In this document: positions 44,562 through 49,795 of the stretch, one piece after another
How positions within the stretch are numbered: the stretch's first letter is position 1
Layout: each line of letters starts with the position of its first letter
DNA from: a virus
Lineage: Duplodnaviria > Caudoviricetes
DNA: 49,795 bases
Direction: 5' to 3' (one strand)
Virus record (IMG/VR): IMGVR_UViG_3300035675_000010
Coordinates: 1-49,795 of that record
Made by a program: the position numbers and the translations under genes
Notes under the pieces: model-generated
Database searches by the model: none
The model's input: the letters and a program-made list of their open reading frames with translations, nothing else
What the model was told of the DNA's origin: nothing

Positions 44562-46032
44562 CCTGAGCCTCCTCTGTCATAGATACCGACTGCTCGTCGG
44601 CTGCAGGCGCGTTTGTTTGCGCGCTGGCTTCTTCATTAGGATCCGGACCCATCGAGATCAGCATACGTCTGTATTCTTCGGTCTTCTTCATTTCCTCGAC
44701 CTGTTGACTCGAGTAGCCGGCCTCTTTCCACAATTGAGGCAACGGTATACCAAGTTCGCGCTTTAGAACCAACATCTCGATACGAGCATTCTCATCTTGA
44801 TGTCCCGCTGCAACCCAAAGCGCTTCGAACATTACTTCTTCATCAATCGGCGATGTACCAATGCTTCTGGCATTGTAGAGTCGCCTCATGATGTACATCA
44901 TCTGTTCCCAAGAATTACCAAATCGTACTTGATGACTCTCGACCTTAGCCATCAAAGGCCCCTCTTGTTCCTTCAACGTTTCTTTTGCTGCTAACCCACC
45001 CCAAGTAGTGAATCGTGCTGTCGGTGTTCCTGAAAGCATTGCCATCCACAACATAAATTGCTGTGCAGCCTTCATTAGAGGTTCAGGATCGGCAGCTTCG
45101 ATAGCACCGAAAGAAACTTCGTCACGCGACCTGGTTGTACCAATAATCTTCCCAGGTGCGATTTTTAACCAGTTGGACCCGTCGTCAGCGGGTTCTTTCC
45201 CATCATCTGTAGGAATAAACCCCAACGCGTAGAAAATACGAAAAGCAGTCATGTCAGTCGTATTGACTAAGTCCACCACAGACTTGTTGACTACGTCCTG
45301 CATGGGTAAAGCTTCCCATACCTCACTACGTAGACCACGGGTCCGAAACGCAATTACTGGGATTCCCAGCGGTGTGCCGTCTGCGGCCAGCCAAGGATCC
45401 GATGATAGAAGCGTCCAATTAGCTTTTAAACCACCACGCACGTATTTATCGATATGATCGGGATAATACACATTGCGACGCTCGATCTGTGACTTGTCTG
45501 TCTTCTCGACCCACTGCTTCACCGCGAATTTCGGTTCCTGATTTGGGTCATTATCAGGATATGACACCCAACAACCAAAGTCATCACCGCCGGTAGACGT
45601 GTCTGTCCACCTTTGATGTGGAATTGCCACCGGTATTTGCTTCTCTTCATCCCAATCAACAACAACAAACGACTCACCATCACGAAGTGCAAGCTCATGT
45701 ACATCTTCTTGCGACGCATCTAACTTATTTTTTGTCCACCACTCCCACGCCAACAAGGCTTGCTCGGGTTCTGTACAATCGAACCCTTTTACGTGCAGTC
45801 GTTCAACAACGACATCAATTACTGACTTGACTAAATTCACACAAAACGACGGACCATCACGACTTTCGTCACCAAGAAACTGCTCTTGACGCTCGGTCAA
45901 TTCGACTTCTTGGTCGCCTTGGTAGTATCGACGGACAAGTAACACCTCTTTTTGGCGGTCGACCTCAATCGTTGTAGCCGCTTCAGCAAGACTTAAGGTA
46001 AGAATGTCGTCCATTACGCTATATTCAGACAT
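44542..46032 (-). CDS. Portal protein (SPP1 gp6-like)
   Basis: RYYQGDQ, NLVKSVIDV, ALRDGESF, IPVIAF; follows terminase. Confidence 0.9.
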   Translation of the reverse strand: MSEYSVMDDILTLSLAEAATTIEVDRQKEVLLVRRYYQGDQEVELTERQEQFLGDESRDGPSFCVNLVKSVIDVVVERLHVKGFDCTEPEQALLAWEWWTKNKLDASQEDVHELALRDGESFVVVDWDEEKQIPVAIPHQRWTDTSTGGDDFGCWVSYPDNDPNQEPKFAVKQWVEKTDKSQIERRNVYYPDHIDKYVRGGLKANWTLLSSDPWLAADGTPLGIPVIAFRTRGLRSEVWEALPMQDVVNKSVVDLVNTTDMTAFRIFYALGFIPTDDGKEPADDGSNWLKIAPGKIIGTTRSRDEVSFGAIEAADPEPLMKAAQQFMLWMAMLSGTPTARFTTWGGLAAKETLKEQEGPLMAKVESHQVRFGNSWEQMMYIMRRLYNARSIGTSPIDEEVMFEALWVAAGHQDENARIEMLVLKRELGIPLPQLWKEAGYSSQQVEEMKKTEEYRRMLISMGPDPNEEASAQTNAPAADEQSVSMTEEAQDESTTE

Positions 46033-47434
46033 AGTTATACACCACCGTCATATATTGAGGCATGTTTATTGCCTGTAAGGCGAGAACAAACGCCATTGCA
46101 CGGTCGTCATGGCTACCTTTCGGCGCCTTTAACGTTGAGCCGTCGATCGAAGCTAGTTGCATATAAGTCTCGAAGGTGTGTATGGTAGCACGACCATCAC
46201 GAAAACACTCGGCAGCAGTCGTGTATATCTGTGCTTTGCTCTTTCCTGATGTCGTCCAACCATAGTCACCTTCTTGTCCTTTCAGAACTTCGAGTTTCGA
46301 GTGCTCTCGGAGCCAAGCAATCACAGTATGTCCGTGATTATTTCGCTCCACCATTACTTGGGCCTTGTTATAATACTTGCCCAACATATCAACGTACTCG
46401 GCAAAAGCCGTTGGTTCAAACTTATTTGAGAACGTTGCAACCTCTTCACCCGACATTTTGTCCAGAATCACACAAGACGAGTCATCGGAGGTTGGGTTCC
46501 CTTCCGCCGGATCCGCACCAATAACATAATCTAAGCCTAATATTGGCTCGACATATACTTTCAAACTGGGAATGGTTGGCGCGTTAGGCGCTTTCACTCC
46601 TTTATACTCGGTATAGTTCGCCGTCAACCACTGCGGCGGAATACGTTTCGAGATAACTTTCGGCGCTAATGCTTCGGCATCCGTTGTTGGATATTGTTGC
46701 CAAAGATCATCTACTGCACCAGTTCTAGTCAAAACGTCCGTTTTCTGATCTTCATACCACTCAATCGTACGTGCCGGACGTACATTCCAAGGCAAGAACA
46801 CAGCTTTCCAAGAATTTTCATTAGCCTTCGCCGCGCGATAGTATTGCTTGAACGCGCTATTCGGCTCTTCCTTATTCGACCTGGACAACAGAATCATTTG
46901 TCCACCTGCATCGATTGTTGGCTTCACAGCATTCATCAGCGCTGGTAAGTCGGGCACAAGATCAGCCTCATCTACCATTACTACGGAAGCTGTGTAGGAA
47001 TCTCCAGCGGTGGTAGGAAACGCGTATGCAACCGATCCGTTTTCAAGGTGCCATTCGTGCTGACTGTCCACCATAGCTTTTACTTGCATCCAATCGGGCA
47101 GTCTTTTGTGCATTCCCTTCAGTCGATACTTTAACAGGTAAATCGCTTCGTCCTCTCGACGTGAAAAGAGCAAAGCGGTTTGTGCTGGTCGGTACAACAT
47201 CTTCCAGAGGATATAAGATAGGCACAACCAAGTCAATCCAAGCTGTCTCGCTTTCAGGATAACCACTAGGAGGTTGTCCTCCAAGACCTTGAGCGTTGAA
47301 TATTGTGCCGGCCATAGTTCGAACGGAACCCACTTTGTAGCTACGGCATCCAGTATTCGGCAGTAGTTGTGAATGAAGTATACGGCACTTGCTTCGCATT
47401 TCAGCCATTCGCCTCGAAGGTCTTCTTCTCCCAA
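46025..47434 (-). CDS. terL: Terminase large subunit
   Basis: ILKARQLGLT, VMVDEAD, IGADPAEG, VERNNHG, HDDRAMA. Confidence 0.95.
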   Translation of the reverse strand: MGEEDLRGEWLKCEASAVYFIHNYCRILDAVATKWVPFELWPAQYSTLKVLEDNLLVVILKARQLGLTWLCLSYILWKMLYRPAQTALLFSRREDEAIYLLKYRLKGMHKRLPDWMQVKAMVDSQHEWHLENGSVAYAFPTTAGDSYTASVVMVDEADLVPDLPALMNAVKPTIDAGGQMILLSRSNKEEPNSAFKQYYRAAKANENSWKAVFLPWNVRPARTIEWYEDQKTDVLTRTGAVDDLWQQYPTTDAEALAPKVISKRIPPQWLTANYTEYKGVKAPNAPTIPSLKVYVEPILGLDYVIGADPAEGNPTSDDSSCVILDKMSGEEVATFSNKFEPTAFAEYVDMLGKYYNKAQVMVERNNHGHTVIAWLREHSKLEVLKGQEGDYGWTTSGKSKAQIYTTAAECFRDGRATIHTFETYMQLASIDGSTLKAPKGSHDDRAMAFVLALQAINMPQYMTVVYNYV

Positions 47435-47949
47435 TCCTCAGCCTCCTCTCGAGCTCTACGAAGATCATCAGGTGTGATCTTCATTGTCACCGTTTCCTGA
47501 ACGGTCTTACGAGGAACACCAACACGATCTAAAATCTCGCGTGATGCAGCAACTCGGTACTTCGGATTCTCTAAAGAAGACACAAGTGCGAGTGCTGCGT
47601 CAGGAGCGGCGTCTCGTAATATCTCAATTGCCAACGCAACAGAATCTACGGTTAACGTTGCGTACTGCCGGTCATACTCACTTGCACGTTCCCTCCACCC
47701 GTACTGTTTAGCCATTGCTGCCCAAACACGCGGGGTATCCACTTTACCGTTGTCGTCCAAGCGTTCTGGATGTTCGGATTTACAGTACTCGCGATAAGCA
47801 CCTGCGACGCTTCTTCCGGCTCCGGCGGTAAGAAAGTACTTGAGAAACTTGTAATACCATGCATCAGTCTCTCCTGCCAGTTGTCTTGGCATAAAGGCGA
47901 CTTCAGGGTCGATCACCTCTTCACGCAAGATTATGGAATCGGCTCCCAT
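47401..47949 (-). CDS. terS: Terminase small subunit (probable)
   Basis: Directly upstream of terL; GETDAWY..F, WRERASEYD, ASREILDR. Confidence 0.72.
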   Translation of the reverse strand: MGADSIILREEVIDPEVAFMPRQLAGETDAWYYKFLKYFLTAGAGRSVAGAYREYCKSEHPERLDDNGKVDTPRVWAAMAKQYGWRERASEYDRQYATLTVDSVALAIEILRDAAPDAALALVSSLENPKYRVAASREILDRVGVPRKTVQETVTMKITPDDLRRAREEAEDWEKKTFEANG

Positions 47950-48146
47950 CGAGTTAATCCTGTCTTCTCTTCAACCTTGATCACGACGTCGGCCTTATTC
48001 TTGACGAACAGTTTCATTTTCCCTTCACCATTGACGTAGGGCCCATCAGGTGTCTCAGCGTAAAAACAAACATCGGTAACGTCTATATCATTTAGATATA
48101 AACGTACTGTTCCAGACTTTGTATTCGATGCGGTTATGAGTTTCAT
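47931..48146 (-). CDS. Hypothetical protein
   Basis: Start at MKLITASN after AGGAAG. Confidence 0.55.
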   Translation of the reverse strand: MKLITASNTKSGTVRLYLNDIDVTDVCFYAETPDGPYVNGEGKMKLFVKNKADVVIKVEEKTGLTRWEPIP

Positions 48147-48156
48147 GGCTAACTTC

Positions 48157-48300
48157 CTAAACCAGAAACGAACCCGCAAAGAAGGCCATTCCAACCCATC
48201 CAATACTTACCTTACCTGTTGGAACTCCAATCGCTTGCAGGATGAAGCATACGATCGCGACAATTAAGAATATTACACTCAACGTTATTTTCATAGCCAT
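48157..48300 (-). CDS. 47-aa two-TM membrane protein
   Basis: MAMKITLSVIFLIVAIVCFILQAIGVP...WVGMAFFAGSFLV; GGGAG RBS. Confidence 0.6.
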   Translation of the reverse strand: MAMKITLSVIFLIVAIVCFILQAIGVPTGKVSIGWVGMAFFAGSFLV

Positions 48301-48388
48301 CTCCCTTCGTTTTTCACAGCCCCGGTGTGGAGTCCATTGGGCTCGGGCTCCACATCTACGGGCGTTACGTTCCCCGCCTAGGGAACGA

Positions 48389-48586
48389 TCATCGTTGCCT
48401 TCGGCCGCTGCGTTGACGTCGCTTGTAGGAGGTCCGGTGTCCGACAAGTTGACGTTTCGTGTGCCGCTTGACACGTTCCGGAAGATTCCGCATAGTTTGC
48501 GTACTAGTATGTTTCGCATAACGACGCGCTATGCGCGGGTGTTGCGAGTACATAAAACGCATTTGGGCTTTACTCTTAAAAGGCAT
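48389..48586 (-). CDS. Very basic small protein (MPFKSKAQ type), first late gene
   Basis: Arg/Lys-rich 65 aa; MPFKSKAQ N-terminus of a type seen upstream of phage terminases. Confidence 0.7.
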   Translation of the reverse strand: MPFKSKAQMRFMYSQHPRIARRYAKHTSTQTMRNLPERVKRHTKRQLVGHRTSYKRRQRSGRRQR

Positions 48587-48660
48587 AGTTAGCTCATCGC
48601 GGCGCAGCGGCCGTTCCTTCTATTATTGTACCGGATGGAGGTCTACATGCATCTTCTCTG

Positions 48661-48819
48661 ATTCTTCTTCCGTCTTCCTTTTCAAGTAGTTTTTGAAAAA
48701 GAGTATGTATATAGAGATATGAATGTCTGAACAAAATAATTCCCGTGTTCCAACACATATGTATTCATAGTAGTGTATATTTTTAAAAAACTACTTGGAT
48801 AGAACAACCGAAGAAGAAT
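48661..48819. repeat. Imperfect ~40-bp inverted repeat around an AT-rich core
   Basis: ATTCTTCTTC..CAAGTAGTTTTT / AAAAACTACTTG..GAAGAAGAAT. Confidence 0.75.
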
Positions 48820-48821
48820 AG

Positions 48822-48851
48822 TTGAAAAATTAGACAACCGTGGGATATAAT
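48822..48851 (+). promoter_or_regulatory. Promoter for multi-HTH gene
   Basis: TTGAAA-18-TATAAT. Confidence 0.7.
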
Positions 48852-48878
48852 AGATACATAATGGAAAGGAAGGATACT

Positions 48879-49382
48879 ATGGATGAGACCGAGATGGAAA
48901 AGATTCGTAAGTCGATCGTTGATGAAACGGTCAAGATGTATGAAGCGGGAATGCCTATCGGCGGGATAGCCGAAGAATTAGGCAAATCCGTCACGACGGT
49001 TTATGCGCTTCTTCGCGAGGGTGGAGTTGAGCCTAAGAGACGCGAAGAATCACAGACCAGAAGCATTGTAGATGCGTTACCCAAGGAGATAGTAGAACAG
49101 GTCACACTTGATTATGTCAAAGGAGTCTCCATGAGTAGAATTGTCAGGACGTCGGGTTTGTCGATAAATACGGTCTACAAGATATTGAAAGAGACCGGTA
49201 CGGCTCTACGTCGCAGTGAAGACAATAAGGCCGCGTTCGATATGAGACTTGAGAAGGCCGTTCAGATGTACAAGGACGGCGATAAGTTGATCAAGATCGA
49301 AATGGAGACCGGCGTACAGTCGAATCAGCTCTATAAGGCGTTGTACAAGCAGGAAGTCCAGCTTAGGAGAGACATACCATGA
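48879..49382 (+). CDS. Triple-HTH DNA-binding protein
   Basis: Three repeats of Y..G.....I....G.S..T(V/L)Y..L...G. Confidence 0.82.
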   Translation: MDETEMEKIRKSIVDETVKMYEAGMPIGGIAEELGKSVTTVYALLREGGVEPKRREESQTRSIVDALPKEIVEQVTLDYVKGVSMSRIVRTSGLSINTVYKILKETGTALRRSEDNKAAFDMRLEKAVQMYKDGDKLIKIEMETGVQSNQLYKALYKQEVQLRRDIP

Positions 49383-49639
49383 AAGTACTGAAACTGCATA
49401 TGCTACCCGGTGAAACACCTTTCCGAGCCGTTCGGAGAGTAGTTGATGAAGTCGGAGAGATCTTCGGAGTTGACATCGAACTCGAGATGGAAGGTGGTCC
49501 TAACGGTCCCACTCGTGTCGAGACTCACTTCTTAGTAGATACTTTCAGAGTTGATGTTTTTACAGAGGATAAGTGGCAGCGGATTGTGATCGAGCTTCAC
49601 GCAATTGCTGAACGTGCACTCCAAGGTGACGGTGGGTGA
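49379..49639 (+). CDS. Hypothetical protein
   Basis: AGGAG RBS, ATGA overlap. Confidence 0.65.
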   Translation: MKVLKLHMLPGETPFRAVRRVVDEVGEIFGVDIELEMEGGPNGPTRVETHFLVDTFRVDVFTEDKWQRIVIELHAIAERALQGDGG

Positions 49640-49668
49640 AAATCGCTCAAAAATAATTTCTCGCCTAA

Positions 49669-49795
49669 CCCCGCAAATACCCGGGGTAAACACCCCAAAA
49701 AACCAATAGCCCCCCTAGGCCAGATACCCCGTCCCGGGCCTATCCCAAAAACCCCAGCCAAACGTCACGGTTAGAACGGGACTTTTGTTACGGGA
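49669..49795. repeat. Exact 127-bp terminal repeat, copy 2
   Basis: Identical to 1..127. Confidence 0.95.

Noticed and set aside
185-49639. Stop-codon reassignment
   Set aside because: Conserved genes are intact in the standard code, and TAG, TGA and TAA all end genes at sensible positions
49669-49795. 127-bp repeat as a biological direct terminal repeat
   Set aside because: The length equals a standard assembler k-mer, so it most likely only shows circularity; true termini need read data
1-49795. Integrase, partition system, tRNA genes, introns or inteins
   Set aside because: No supporting motifs seen; terminase, helicase and polymerase have uninterrupted, normal lengths

Overview
This window looks like the complete ~49.67 kb genome of a tailed dsDNA phage of siphovirus-type layout. 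The first 127 nt are repeated exactly at the end, which indicates a circular assembly. The + strand (48879 through the origin to 19299) carries: an early region of small genes behind repeated strong sigma70-type promoter/leader cassettes; three paralogous Xis/MerR-like HTH genes; a replication/recombination block (RuvC-like, SNF2 helicase, PD-(D/E)XK nuclease, Sak4-like ATPase, two PC4-like proteins, DUF669 SSB, primase-helicase); a 7-deazaguanine cluster (YhhQ, QueC, DUF1599/DUF6378-like protein, TGT/DpdA-like TIM barrel); and a UDG-fused family A DNA polymerase with non-canonical active-site residues. The - strand (48586 to 19534) carries terminase, portal, scaffold, capsid, neck and tail genes (with a -1 frameshifted chaperone), tape measure, baseplate/fibre, a holin/GH25 lysis cassette, and a further ~9.6 kb module of methyltransferase, GT2 glycosyltransferase, GH-like enzyme, lectin-like proteins and a Ser/Thr-rich repeat protein that share peptide motifs. 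No integrase, tRNA or CRISPR array was seen. The three best candidates for undescribed biology are: (1) two structured 3'-UTR RNAs whose loops are complementary to specific phage ribosome-binding sites, a possible late -> middle -> early antisense cascade; (2) a salvage-type deazaguanine pathway coupled to an atypical PolA; (3) a putative glycosylated, modular glycan-binding/degrading virion appendage. Family assignments come from motif recognition by eye, not database searches.
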